Both the position numbers and the translations under genes were made by a program. This document shows, in pieces, positions 39,717 to 49,484 of a DNA stretch of 64,000 nucleotides. This stretch comes from Bdellovibrionota bacterium (GTDB lineage: Bacteria; Bdellovibrionota_C; UBA2361; JBIKUX01): positions 3,810 through 67,809 of the forward strand of contig JBIKUX010000015.1 in NCBI GenBank assembly GCA_044347345.1, in the 5' to 3' direction. Numbering within the stretch: position 1 is the first letter of the stretch; every line of letters starts with the position of its first letter. The notes under the pieces were generated by a model, which was given only the letters and a program-made list of their open reading frames with translations, was not told where the DNA came from and did no database searches.

Positions 39717-40955
39717 ATGCACGCTCACGTTCCTCCTATCGATATCGTTGAGGAAGCTAAACTTCCTCCTCTTTCCTTTAATTCAGGTGTGGTCGTGGCC
39801 TTTAAAGTTGCCACTGGGATTGGTATCGCAACTTTTTTTCTTGGACTGCTTTTGACTTCAGCAGCACGCGTGTGGGCTAGCTATTTTGTATCTTTAGTAT
39901 TTTTTATGGGTTTAGCGGCTGGTGGAGTGATACTTTCAGCAATATTCCAGATTGTTCGGGCGACTTGGTCAGCTTCGCTTCGTAGGATAGCTGAGGCGAA
40001 TATTGCATTCCTTCCCATAGCGTTAGTTGGTCTTTTACTTACTTGGTTTGGTAGGCTTGAGCTTTTTCCATGGGCTCGATCTCCAAAGCCTGGTTCTGAA
40101 TGGTGGATGCAGCCAGGCTTTGTTTATGTACGAAATGGTATTTTTCTTGCGTTTACTTTTTATTTGATGTGGCGATTTGTTTCTATGTCTCTTCGGGGAG
40201 ATCGCAAGATAGTTAACGAGATAAATTCTTCGAATAATCCTAAATTCTCTTCATCGGAGATTGTTGATTTGCAACGCTCTATGTCTCGTTTTGCACCACT
40301 CTTAATCATTGTGTATGGCCTTGCTTATTCATTCTTTGCTTTTGAGATGGTCATGGCTATGGATACAGCTTGGATCTCTAATTTATTCGGTGCCTACTAT
40401 TTTGTTGGTAATGTCTATATAGGTTGGGCGGCGCTTGCAATATTAGCAGTATATTTTTCAGCGCAGGATAGCAGGTTTGGCTCTTTAATAGATGAGCAGG
40501 TACGTTGGGATCTTGGAAAACTGACTTTCGGTTTCTGTATGGTGTGGGGTTACTTTTCCCTTAGTCAATTTCTCCCTCAGTGGTACGGCAATTTACCCGA
40601 GGAGACCCAATGGCTAATATTGAGGGCTAGGGAGTACCCTTGGAAGTACTTTTTGTATTTTATGTTTGGATGTGCCTGGGTGTTTCCTTTTATCACTTTG
40701 CTAAGTCGAGAAGTTAAGCGAAGATCTTGTTTTTTAGCAGCAGTATGTTCAGTGATTTTAATCGGAGTATGGAGTGAAAAGTTCTTTGTCATCATGCCCC
40801 ATGTAAGCCCTAATAGGATTCCGTTTGGCTTGCTTGATATTGGACTGTTCTTAGGATTTTTTGGTTTGTACGGCTTATCAATTCGGTTTTTTCTCTCTCG
40901 TACACCTAGGCTTGCTATTGGTCATCCTTTGAGTCGAGGTGAATACGGCTGGTAA
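39717..40955 (+). CDS. actF: Alternative complex III subunit ActF (second NrfD-like membrane subunit).
   Basis: Polytopic membrane protein, paralogous in architecture to actC, at the canonical terminal position. Confidence 0.75.
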   Translation: MHAHVPPIDIVEEAKLPPLSFNSGVVVAFKVATGIGIATFFLGLLLTSAARVWASYFVSLVFFMGLAAGGVILSAIFQIVRATWSASLRRIAEANIAFLPIALVGLLLTWFGRLELFPWARSPKPGSEWWMQPGFVYVRNGIFLAFTFYLMWRFVSMSLRGDRKIVNEINSSNNPKFSSSEIVDLQRSMSRFAPLLIIVYGLAYSFFAFEMVMAMDTAWISNLFGAYYFVGNVYIGWAALAILAVYFSAQDSRFGSLIDEQVRWDLGKLTFGFCMVWGYFSLSQFLPQWYGNLPEETQWLILRAREYPWKYFLYFMFGCAWVFPFITLLSREVKRRSCFLAAVCSVILIGVWSEKFFVIMPHVSPNRIPFGLLDIGLFLGFFGLYGLSIRFFLSRTPRLAIGHPLSRGEYGW

Positions 40956-40992
40956 AAAAGGTTAGCTGATTTAAGAATTATCTTGATTGAAT

Positions 40993-42150
40993 TTAGTTAG
41001 TTACCAATCTTGGAAGAGTTGGGGATATTTTTGCTAGGACTTCGTAGCTAATACTATTAATTGTTTTAGCGATAGCTGACGCTGTTATTGTTTCTTTGCC
41101 TTGAGTTCCAATAAGGACGACTGGGTCGCCGCTTTTTACATCAGGTATTTCCGAGATATCTACAGTTATCATATTCATTGAGACTCTTCCAAGGATAGGA
41201 CACTTATAGCCACTGATTAATACACATCCTTGGTTGCTCATGCGCCTGTCTAGTCCATCTGAATAACCTTGTGGAACTAGAGCAACTGTTGTAGGGCGAC
41301 GGGTCCAGTAGGTGCAGTTATAGCCAATTGGGTATTTACTAGGTAGCTCTTTGACTTGAGCAATGGTGCTAATCCAACTAAGTACAGGTGTTAAAGAATC
41401 GTCAAATTGGCCAGTTTTCATTGGTGAAATGCCGTATAACCCGAGTCCAATTCGTACGGCTTTTATGTTTATATTGCTGAATAAACCATGATCTCGAATT
41501 AAGTAATGATTTCGAATCACACCAGCGGTATTGTGAAGGTAGGTTGGTAAATTTTCTTTAATCTGAACTGAAGCTTGAAGAAATAGTTGTTCCTGAATTA
41601 AAGATTCTTCGGATAAGTTATCGTCTGCACTACTATAGTGAGCGTACATACTTTCTAGTTTCAGTGCTGGCAGATTTTTTATTATTGAAATTGTTTCAGC
41701 AAGTTTATTGATAAGAGTGCCCTCGCGCCCAAATCTTAGATCAAGGGCTAAGGTTACCGAGAGAGTCTTGTTGCCATTACAAATTTTTTGCCAATTATGA
41801 GCAATAGACTGAGCATGATTGATATCTAACACAGTAACTACAGTATCACCTTTCAGGAGGTATATTAATTCAAGTTCATCAGGACTAACGTATCCTAAGA
41901 TGTAAATTTTTTTTGCAGTTTTGTTTCGAACCAATTCAAGTTCTTGAATGTCATCTATCTGAAAAGCGTCGACATGCTTATCAAGCGACTCTACTACTGG
42001 AATTACTCCGTGCCCATATGCATTAGCTTTTATGACACCAATAACTTTAGCCTCAGAAGGAATCAGAGATTTAATAAAAGCTAAATTCCTTCTAAGGTTA
42101 TTAGCAGAGAGCTTAATATATGAGTGAAACTTACTGATAGAATAATCCTT
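40993..42150 (-). CDS. alr: Alanine racemase. The catalytic-Lys region (VIKANAYGHG) lies upstream of the only canonical start (TTG at 41934). The frame is open back to a TGA at 42151-42153 with no ATG, GTG or TTG, so the start is unresolved.
   Basis: Reverse-strand translation of 42150-41935 gives KDYSISKFHSYIKLSANNLRRNLAFIKSLIPSEAKVIGVIKANAYGHG ... in frame with the track ORF (RIGLGLYGISP ... GRVSMNMITVD). Confidence 0.7.
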   Translation of the reverse strand, partial: KDYSISKFHSYIKLSANNLRRNLAFIKSLIPSEAKVIGVIKANAYGHGVIPVVESLDKHVDAFQIDDIQELELVRNKTAKKIYILGYVSPDELELIYLLKGDTVVTVLDINHAQSIAHNWQKICNGNKTLSVTLALDLRFGREGTLINKLAETISIIKNLPALKLESMYAHYSSADDNLSEESLIQEQLFLQASVQIKENLPTYLHNTAGVIRNHYLIRDHGLFSNINIKAVRIGLGLYGISPMKTGQFDDSLTPVLSWISTIAQVKELPSKYPIGYNCTYWTRRPTTVALVPQGYSDGLDRRMSNQGCVLISGYKCPILGRVSMNMITVDISEIPDVKSGDPVVLIGTQGKETITASAIAKTINSISYEVLAKISPTLPRLVTN

Positions 42151-42153
42151 TCA

Positions 42154-42846
42154 TTACTGGCCTAAAAGTTCTTTAAGTAAATCGTCTTCGACCGTTCCAG
42201 TTTTACTGTTTGATTGAATACTTTTATCACTTTGAGTGTTGGTACTCGTGGTTGATGGTGATTTTTCTTGCAACATCGGCGCCGGGTTGGTTGGTATTGA
42301 TTCCGGCATGGCTGTTGGTTGGACAGTTGGTGGAGCTGAGGAGTTTAACTCAGTTTTTGAGGTTGGAGTCGGGAAGGATTTTAATGATGGAGAACTTTTA
42401 GTTGATGGGAATTTTTTTTGTGGTCTTCTCCATTTTTTTGGCGCAATTTTTGTCGTTTTTGGCTTCATAGCCTGAACATACTGCTCAGGGATTGGCTCCT
42501 TTTGAGTTATTTTTGTATAAGGAAGAAGTACAGGTGTTCCCACTACTAAAGTTTTTTTTGCATCACTTATGTGTGGATTAGCTGCTAAGATAAAAACTGT
42601 TTGATCGCTGGCTCCCAGATACCAGGAAGCTATGATTGAAGCACTTTCTCCAGCATGTTTAACTTGATGTATGAAGTACTGAGCTCCATCTATGGTTGTT
42701 ACGCGATTGGGTATTGGCGGAGGTGGAGCTGCACAACTTACCAAACTAAAGAGTATTACTAGCTTAATACATCTAGTGAATAGGACGACAATTTTTTGAT
42801 TAGTGGAAATATTTTTTTTATTCTGGGAGTAGGAGTTGTATGTCAT
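42154..42846 (-). CDS. LysM-domain lipoprotein with a Pro/Ser/Thr-rich C-terminal region.
   Basis: Signal peptide and lipobox FSLVSCAAP. LysM-like YFIHQVKHAGESASIIASWYLG. Low-complexity PT-rich tail. Confidence 0.55.
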   Translation of the reverse strand: MTYNSYSQNKKNISTNQKIVVLFTRCIKLVILFSLVSCAAPPPPIPNRVTTIDGAQYFIHQVKHAGESASIIASWYLGASDQTVFILAANPHISDAKKTLVVGTPVLLPYTKITQKEPIPEQYVQAMKPKTTKIAPKKWRRPQKKFPSTKSSPSLKSFPTPTSKTELNSSAPPTVQPTAMPESIPTNPAPMLQEKSPSTTSTNTQSDKSIQSNSKTGTVEDDLLKELLGQ

Positions 42847-42977
42847 ATAGTCTTATCGAAAGATATAAACTTTGTGACTAATGTACTCTAAAGAAAATAA
42901 AATTGCCTATACCTAGCTTCTTAAATCCGTAAGATTAAAATAAGTGTCTCGTTTATAAATTGAAAATAGGAGCTCTG

Positions 42978-44489
42978 ATGGAACAATCGGTCATCTTTTT
43001 TGATACAACTCTCAGAGATGGAGAACAGTCGGCCGGAGTTTCGTTTTCTTTAGAACAGAAAATGGAGATAGCCTTGCAACTGGCGAGTCTTGGAGTAGAT
43101 GTTATCGAAGCCGGATTTCCGTGTTCATCTCCGCAGGATTTTGAATGCGTTGCAACTATCGCTAAGGAAATAAAAGGTCCTACAATCTGTGGTTTGGCTC
43201 GAGCCATTACTAGCGATATTGAGATAGCCGCTAAGGCTCTTGAGGGAGCTACTAAGCCATGCATTCATACCTTTATTAATACCAGTGACATTCAAATAGA
43301 ACATCAGCTTCGCATGACTCGACAGCAAGTACTTGATAGAGCTTGTGAGATGGTGAAGAGAGCGTTAACTTTTGTAGATGACGTTGAATTTAGTCCCATG
43401 GACGCAACAAGGAGCGACCTTAATTTCTTAGTGCAAATTGTACGTGAGGTAATAGCAGTCGGAGCGACCAGAATAAATATTCCCGATTCGGTAGGGTATG
43501 CGTTACCATCTGACATCGCATCGATATTTTCTAAGCTTAAAGCTAACATTGATGGTATCGATAACGTCATTTTAAGCTTTCATGGTCATAATGATTTTGG
43601 TCTTGCGACTGCTAATGCATTAGCGGCAATTCAAAACGGGGCGCGTCAAATTGAGGGCACCATTAACGGTATTGGAGAGAGAGCCGGGAATACTGCTCTC
43701 GAAGAAGTCATAATGGCGATTCATACTCGTCAAGATAAATTTAAATTTAACACTAAAATAAAAACAGAAGAAATATTTAAGACTAGTACTTTAGTTTCAC
43801 GTCTTTCTGGGTTAGCTGTTCAGCAGAATAAGGCGATTGTTGGAAAAAATGCCTTTAGGCACAGTTCTGGTATTCATCAAGATGGCATTATAAAGTTAAG
43901 GGAAAGTTGGGAAATTATGGATCCGAGTAATATAGGAATACCCTCAGGTACTCAATTAATACTCGGCAAACTTTCAGGGCGAAATGGATTACGCCAACAT
44001 CTAGAGAGATTAGGATACCAGCTCTCTGAAGACGACCTTACGCGTGTTCTCACGGCGTTTAAAGATCTAACCGCAAGAAAGAAGGAAATAGATGACAGGG
44101 ATTTAGAGTCTCTTGTGTCTTCCAATGCTGGTGGTATCACAAGGTCGGGATGGGAAATTTTGTCCTGTCAGGTTTTTGCTGGAATAAATATCATTCCATC
44201 TGCAATTGTTAAGTTAAAATCTCCTGATGGAGTCGAGATTGTCGAGTCTGCTACGGGCGCAGGTCCCATTGATGCTGTTTGCGAAGTAATTAATAAAATA
44301 GTTGGTCATACTCCAAATCTTGAGCTTTTTGATGTCCACGGGGTGACAGAAGGTATAGATGCTCAGGCTCATGTTGTAATCAACCTGCGGCTCAACGATA
44401 AAGAGAGTTTAGGTAAAGGAAGTCATACGGATGTGGTAGTGGCTAGTGCTCAAGCCTATCTAAGTGCTCTTAATCGCCTCATTTCTTAA
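42978..44489 (+). CDS. 2-isopropylmalate synthase / (R)-citramalate synthase family protein. The ATG at 42978 is preferred over the TTG at 42960.
   Basis: FFDTTLRDGEQS and SFHGHNDFGLATANALAAI (HxH) DRE-TIM metallolyase motifs. C-terminal LeuA-type regulatory domain. Confidence 0.8.
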   Translation: MEQSVIFFDTTLRDGEQSAGVSFSLEQKMEIALQLASLGVDVIEAGFPCSSPQDFECVATIAKEIKGPTICGLARAITSDIEIAAKALEGATKPCIHTFINTSDIQIEHQLRMTRQQVLDRACEMVKRALTFVDDVEFSPMDATRSDLNFLVQIVREVIAVGATRINIPDSVGYALPSDIASIFSKLKANIDGIDNVILSFHGHNDFGLATANALAAIQNGARQIEGTINGIGERAGNTALEEVIMAIHTRQDKFKFNTKIKTEEIFKTSTLVSRLSGLAVQQNKAIVGKNAFRHSSGIHQDGIIKLRESWEIMDPSNIGIPSGTQLILGKLSGRNGLRQHLERLGYQLSEDDLTRVLTAFKDLTARKKEIDDRDLESLVSSNAGGITRSGWEILSCQVFAGINIIPSAIVKLKSPDGVEIVESATGAGPIDAVCEVINKIVGHTPNLELFDVHGVTEGIDAQAHVVINLRLNDKESLGKGSHTDVVVASAQAYLSALNRLIS

Positions 44490-44646
44490 AGATTTCTTTG
44501 AGCAAAATTAGGAGTAGCGTAGGTGTTTATTCCATTAATCACCTATGCTACCTTTAGTTGTTAAGATAAAAGCTGTGTTCAAAAAGCAAAAAAATAAAGC
44601 AAATAAGGGGAAAGAGTAAAAAATTCTACCCTAAAAGGATTGTGCT

Positions 44647-44850
44647 ATGGCGGTGCCAAAAAAACGAACTTCTAAATCTAAGCGTGATATGCGTAGGTCT
44701 CATCATGCTCTTGAGCAACGATTTACAGTGTTATGCTCAAATTGCGGTGCTCCAAAAAAGCGACATAGAGTCTGCCCTAGCTGTGGTTTTTACCGAGGTA
44801 GATTAGTAAAAACTGTTGAAAGTAAAGAAGCTCAGGCTACTTCAGCTTAA
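44647..44850 (+). CDS. rpmF: 50S ribosomal protein L32.
   Basis: [22 protein letters not shown]. Confidence 0.9.
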   Translation: MAVPKKRTSKSKRDMRRSHHALEQRFTVLCSNCGAPKKRHRVCPSCGFYRGRLVKTVESKEAQATSA

Positions 44851-45006
44851 AGAGTTCAGCTTAAAGAAGTAATTATAAAAATCAGGTGCTGAAAAAGTTT
44901 AAAAAACAGCACTAAAAACTAGCGTACTACGTTAGGTTTGTATCATTTTTAAATGTATCGGTTATTTACCAGGTCCTTTTATTGAAAAAAGGTTCGCTAT
45001 AATCTT

Positions 45007-46194
45007 ATGAAGCCGATCAGAAATTTTGATAATAAAGCTCCAATCGCCATCGATGCCATGGGAGGTGATCGTGGTCCTGGTGAAGTAATAGCTGGTATTA
45101 AGCAAGCTATAGAGACTGGGGCTCCTCCAATAGTGGTGGTAGGCGACGAAAAAGTTATTAGACACGAGTTTTATCGTCATAGATTGATAGAGAGTGTAAG
45201 TCTCCAGGTAGTCCATGCCCCAGATGTGATTGGGATGGAAGAAAGCCCATCAGTTGTAGTTCGTAAAAAGCCTTTAGCTTCCGTGCGGGTTGCTTTTGAG
45301 CTTGTTGCACGAGGAGAGGCCTCAAGTGTGATAAGCGCCGGCAATACTGGCGCAATGATGGCTGCTGGTTTGTTTGCTGTGGGTTCTCTTACTGGTATTT
45401 TAAGACCAGCCATCGGTACTTTGATTCCTAAGGTGGGGGACGGATTACCAACAGTTTTGATTGATAGCGGTGCCAATATTGACTGCTCAGCTCACCAATT
45501 GGTGCAGTTTGGTTACATGGGTAGTTTTTACGCTCGGTCGGCGCTTGGAATTGAGTCTCCAAGAGTTGGTCTTTTATCAAATGGAAGTGAGTCATCGAAA
45601 GGAACGGACACGCTTCGCTCTGCCGCTGTTTTGCTCAAGCAGTGTAAAGACATTAATTTTATTGGTTATGTTGAAGGGCGTGATATTTCTCATGATGTAG
45701 TTGATGTAGTTGTGTGCGATGGATTTGTCGGAAATGTTGTCTTGAAGGCAATGGAGGGTACTGTTGAGCTTGTAGTTGAATCAATGCGCAGTTACATATC
45801 CAAGTCTATTTTAGCTAAGCTAGGGTTTATGTTAGCTCGTCGACAGATGCGTCGGGTGTTTCAAGATAAGCTTCATCCTTCGGCTTACGGCGGAGCTCCA
45901 TTACTTGGTCTTAATTGTATTGCAATTGTTTGTCATGGTGCTTCTGATGCACGAGCCATTAAAAATGCTATTCGCGTTGCTCAACAGTTTGGTGAAAAAA
46001 ATCTGATTGAAGCTCTTGATGTTTCTCTTGCCGCTCTTGAATCTACTGAGTCTGTTGATTTTGAAGATGGAGGGATGTGGAGCGGAGCCAGACAAAGCAT
46101 AGCTTCAAAGCCAAAATCTAATAAAGTCTCGAAGACAACTGAAGAACAAGACAGCAATAAAAAAAAAGGAATTGAGAATGGAGCGTTATCTTGA
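45007..46194 (+). CDS. plsX: Phosphate acyltransferase PlsX.
   Basis: IAIDAMGGDRGP N-terminal signature. Conserved rpmF-plsX synteny. Confidence 0.9.
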   Translation: MKPIRNFDNKAPIAIDAMGGDRGPGEVIAGIKQAIETGAPPIVVVGDEKVIRHEFYRHRLIESVSLQVVHAPDVIGMEESPSVVVRKKPLASVRVAFELVARGEASSVISAGNTGAMMAAGLFAVGSLTGILRPAIGTLIPKVGDGLPTVLIDSGANIDCSAHQLVQFGYMGSFYARSALGIESPRVGLLSNGSESSKGTDTLRSAAVLLKQCKDINFIGYVEGRDISHDVVDVVVCDGFVGNVVLKAMEGTVELVVESMRSYISKSILAKLGFMLARRQMRRVFQDKLHPSAYGGAPLLGLNCIAIVCHGASDARAIKNAIRVAQQFGEKNLIEALDVSLAALESTESVDFEDGGMWSGARQSIASKPKSNKVSKTTEEQDSNKKKGIENGALS

Positions 46195-46927
46195 GGGGTC
46201 GGTAGCAATAGTTACCGGAGGTTCACGTGGAATCGGTAGAGCCATAGCCATAGAGCTTGCTCGTCGTGGTGCTAAAGTAGCATTTAGTTACATTAGCCGT
46301 AGTGATGCCGCTCAAGAGACAATAGCCGCATGTGCGGCAGTAGATGGCACCGCCACAGCTTTTCAGTGTGATGTGATAAATAGTGAGCAAGTTCAGGAGA
46401 GCGTTGACCGAGTTGTTACTGATTTTGGTCGAGTGGATATTTTAGTCAATAATGCTGGCATTTCTCGTGATGGTTTGTTCGTTCGAATGAAGGATGAAGA
46501 TTGGAATCTTACTCTTGCTACTAATCTAAACGGGGCTTTTTATTTCGCTCGAGCCGTTACTAAACCGATGATGAAGGCTCGTGGGGGTAGAATAATAAAC
46601 ATATCATCTGTGGTGGGTGAAATGGGCAACGCAGGACAAGCATCTTACGTTACTTCTAAGGCAGGATTAATAGGCTTTACAAAGTCATTAGCTGTTGAGT
46701 TAGCGTCTCGGTCAATAACTGTAAATGCAGTTGCTCCTGGATTTATTGAGACTGAGATGACAGACGTCCTTGACGATAAGACCAAAGAGGCTCACCTATC
46801 TCACATTCCTCTTAAGCGTTTCGGGTCAGCTTCTGAGGTGGCTGCTGTAGTTTCCTTTTTATCAAGTCCGGCCGCCGCTTATATCACTGGTCAAACTATC
46901 CGTGTTAATGGTGGAATGTATTTATAA
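46178..46927 (+). CDS. fabG: 3-oxoacyl-[acyl-carrier-protein] reductase FabG.
   Basis: VAIVTGGSRGIGRAIA, NNAGISRD and the catalytic YVTSKAG (S...YxxxK). FabG-like C-terminus ITGQTIRVNGGMY. Confidence 0.85.
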   Translation: MERYLEGSVAIVTGGSRGIGRAIAIELARRGAKVAFSYISRSDAAQETIAACAAVDGTATAFQCDVINSEQVQESVDRVVTDFGRVDILVNNAGISRDGLFVRMKDEDWNLTLATNLNGAFYFARAVTKPMMKARGGRIINISSVVGEMGNAGQASYVTSKAGLIGFTKSLAVELASRSITVNAVAPGFIETEMTDVLDDKTKEAHLSHIPLKRFGSASEVAAVVSFLSSPAAAYITGQTIRVNGGMYL

Positions 46928-47303
46928 ATATAATGTGACTAGCTTGGTAAACTAGACTATTAGTGAATTAGATTATTGATAATATTGTAATTAGTAGGTT
47001 TTTAACAAAAGATTGCTTTTATAAGTAAGGTAGGGAACGCTGGTAATATAGTTCAGGTACTACTTTGTATTGAGCTGATTATAGCTAATCTTTTAAGACG
47101 GTGACTTGCGTTCCAATACTGCCTTCACTATTTTAGCAGATTATCGTGTATTAAAGTCACAGTGGTATTAAATTCACATTGGTATTAAATTCATTAAGGC
47201 TTTAATTTATTGTTTAGAACCATTAGGCAAAACTTAGTGGTTTAATCTACAATAGAGTACACAAAAGATGGTATAGGAACATGCGAACAACGGGAGTAGC
47301 TTC

Positions 47304-47552
47304 ATGGCCTCAGCAGAAGAAATAACGGAACGCCTTAAAAGTATTGTTGTCGAGCAGCTTGGTGTTTCCAAAGAAGAAGTCACTAATGTAGCGTCATTCA
47401 TCGAAGATCTCGGGGCGGATTCTCTTGATATAGTCGAGCTTATTATGGCGCTCGAAGAAGAGTACGGAATTGAGATTCCTGATGAAGATGCAGAAAAAAT
47501 GCAAACTTTCAATGATGTTTTAACGTACATTATTGATAAGGTATCTGCATAA
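47304..47552 (+). CDS. acpP: Acyl carrier protein.
   Basis: [26 protein letters not shown], which contains the phosphopantetheine-attachment Ser. Confidence 0.9.
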   Translation: MASAEEITERLKSIVVEQLGVSKEEVTNVASFIEDLGADSLDIVELIMALEEEYGIEIPDEDAEKMQTFNDVLTYIIDKVSA

Positions 47553-47575
47553 CACTCTGAAAAAGTGAAAAGTCT

Positions 47576-47603
47576 CAGTAGAAATTGTAAACAGTTTCTA
47601 CTG
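47576..47603 (+). terminator. Stem-loop CAGTAGAAA-(ttgtaaacag)-TTTCTACTG, 24 nt after acpP. Candidate terminator or attenuator.
   Basis: 9-bp perfect inverted repeat read from the sequence. It has no clear downstream T-tract. Confidence 0.3.
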
Positions 47604-47636
47604 AAAAGTTACACATAGTTACAAAAGAGAAAATCA

Positions 47637-48914
47637 ATGGTTGATATACGACCGTTATCTCAGGTAGACCCAGAAATCGCCGCTTTGATTCGTGAAGAGA
47701 CTGAGCGTCAAGAGTATGGGCTTGAGATGATTCCATCTGAAAATTTCGTGAGTGAGGCGGTGCTTGAAGTTAATGGCTCATGCCTCACTAACAAGTATGC
47801 GGAAGGTTTGCCTCATAAGCGTTATTATGGGGGGTGTGAGGTTGTAGATAAAGTTGAAGAGCTTGCCAACGAAAGAGCTAAGAAATTGTTTGGTTGTGAC
47901 TTTGTAAATTCACAACCTCACTCTGGTGCTCAGGCCAATCAAGCTGTATATCACGCGCTTCTTTCGCCTGGAGATACCTTGATGGGTATGCGTCTTGACC
48001 ACGGCGGTCATTTAACTCATGGAAGTCCGGTAAATTTTTCCGGTATCTACTACAAGGTGGTAGCCTATGGGGTAAGAGAGGACACGCACTTAATAGATAT
48101 GGATCAAGTGCGAGATATAGCTAAAGCTCATAAACCTAAAATAATCGTAACTGGCGCATCTTCTTATTCTCGTCACATTGATTTTGCCGCTTTTCGTCAG
48201 ATTGCTGATGAAGTAGGTGCATTTTTGCTGGCTGATATCGCTCATTATTCCGGTTTAGTAGCTGCTGGTGAATATCCCAATCCGGTACCTGTTTGTGATG
48301 TAGTGACTACTACCACTCATAAAACTCTTCGGGGGCCTAGATCCGGCATAGTTATGGCTCGAGAGCAGTTTAAAAAGGCTATCAATAAGGCTGTTTTCCC
48401 TGGATTACAGGGTGGTCCACACATGCACACCATAGCCGCAAAAGCAGTAGCTTTCCTTGAAGCCTTGCAGCCTTCCTTTAAGGAATATCAACAAAAAGTC
48501 ATCAGTAATGCGCGTGTTCTGGCTGGAGAACTTCAAGCACAGGGGTTTGCCATCGTTTCTGGAGGAACAGATTCCCATCTTCTTGTTGTTGATCTTCGTC
48601 CAGTTGGTACTACTGGTAAGATAGCTCAGGAGGTTCTTGATTTGGTCGGGATCACTGGTAACAAGAATGGATTACCTTATGATCCGCAACCCCCTACTAT
48701 ATGTAGTGGGATTCGCCTTGGTACTCCTGCTCTCACATCTAGGGGTATGGGACATGATGAGATGAAACGTATTGCTCAGCTTATAAAAGAAGTTCTCTCC
48801 GCTGCTAAAGATAGCTCTCAAGCAGTGCCAGATAAGGTGTTGAATTCTGTGAGAGATGAGGTGAGAGAGATAAGTAAAAGATTCCCTCTATATCCTCATA
48901 GATTAGTAAGATAG
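47637..48914 (+). CDS. glyA: Serine hydroxymethyltransferase.
   Basis: [22 protein letters not shown] and the PLP-Lys region [14 protein letters not shown]. Confidence 0.95.
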   Translation: MVDIRPLSQVDPEIAALIREETERQEYGLEMIPSENFVSEAVLEVNGSCLTNKYAEGLPHKRYYGGCEVVDKVEELANERAKKLFGCDFVNSQPHSGAQANQAVYHALLSPGDTLMGMRLDHGGHLTHGSPVNFSGIYYKVVAYGVREDTHLIDMDQVRDIAKAHKPKIIVTGASSYSRHIDFAAFRQIADEVGAFLLADIAHYSGLVAAGEYPNPVPVCDVVTTTTHKTLRGPRSGIVMAREQFKKAINKAVFPGLQGGPHMHTIAAKAVAFLEALQPSFKEYQQKVISNARVLAGELQAQGFAIVSGGTDSHLLVVDLRPVGTTGKIAQEVLDLVGITGNKNGLPYDPQPPTICSGIRLGTPALTSRGMGHDEMKRIAQLIKEVLSAAKDSSQAVPDKVLNSVRDEVREISKRFPLYPHRLVR

Positions 48915-49007
48915 CGCATAACTTATTAGGATTTTTGTAAAATAAGACCTTAATTTTCGACGGTAGTTATCGAGAGAAAAACTAGGGTATTCTCTAAATA
49001 GTGCCTT

Positions 49008-49484
49008 ATGAGATGTTTGCGGTGTGGTGCTGACAAGAATTCCGTTATAGATTCTAGGGCTGATGGGGCATTAATTCGTCGTCGTAGAGAATGTAATCAG
49101 TGTGGTTATCGTTTCTCAACTCTTGAGAGAATCGAGCTCGTACTTCCAATGGTAGTAAAAAAAGACGGTCGTCGGGAAGCTTTCTCTTCCGAAAAAGTAA
49201 GAAAAGGTCTTGAACGAGCGTGTGAAAAGCGCCCCATTAGTTCAGAAACTATAGGTCGGTTACTCGAATGTCTTGAAGTACAGGTGGCTGAGCGAGGCGG
49301 AAAGGAGATTACTACAAACGAGATCGGCATGAATGTGCTTGTGTTACTGAGGAGTGTTGATCAAATTGCTTATGTTAGGTTTGCATCAGTATATGGAGCT
49401 TTTTCAACTATTGATCAATTTTTAGATATACTTTCCTCCCTTCAGGAAACAGTTCAAATTTCAAATGTAGTTGGTGAATCGTGA
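49008..49484 (+). CDS. nrdR: Transcriptional repressor NrdR.
   Basis: MRCLRCGADKNSVIDSR ... ECNQCGYRF zinc ribbon plus an ATP-cone domain. Confidence 0.9.
   Translation: MRCLRCGADKNSVIDSRADGALIRRRRECNQCGYRFSTLERIELVLPMVVKKDGRREAFSSEKVRKGLERACEKRPISSETIGRLLECLEVQVAERGGKEITTNEIGMNVLVLLRSVDQIAYVRFASVYGAFSTIDQFLDILSSLQETVQISNVVGES

Noticed and set aside
45158-46208. Minus-strand ORFs of 64-99 aa
   Set aside because: Antisense to plsX.
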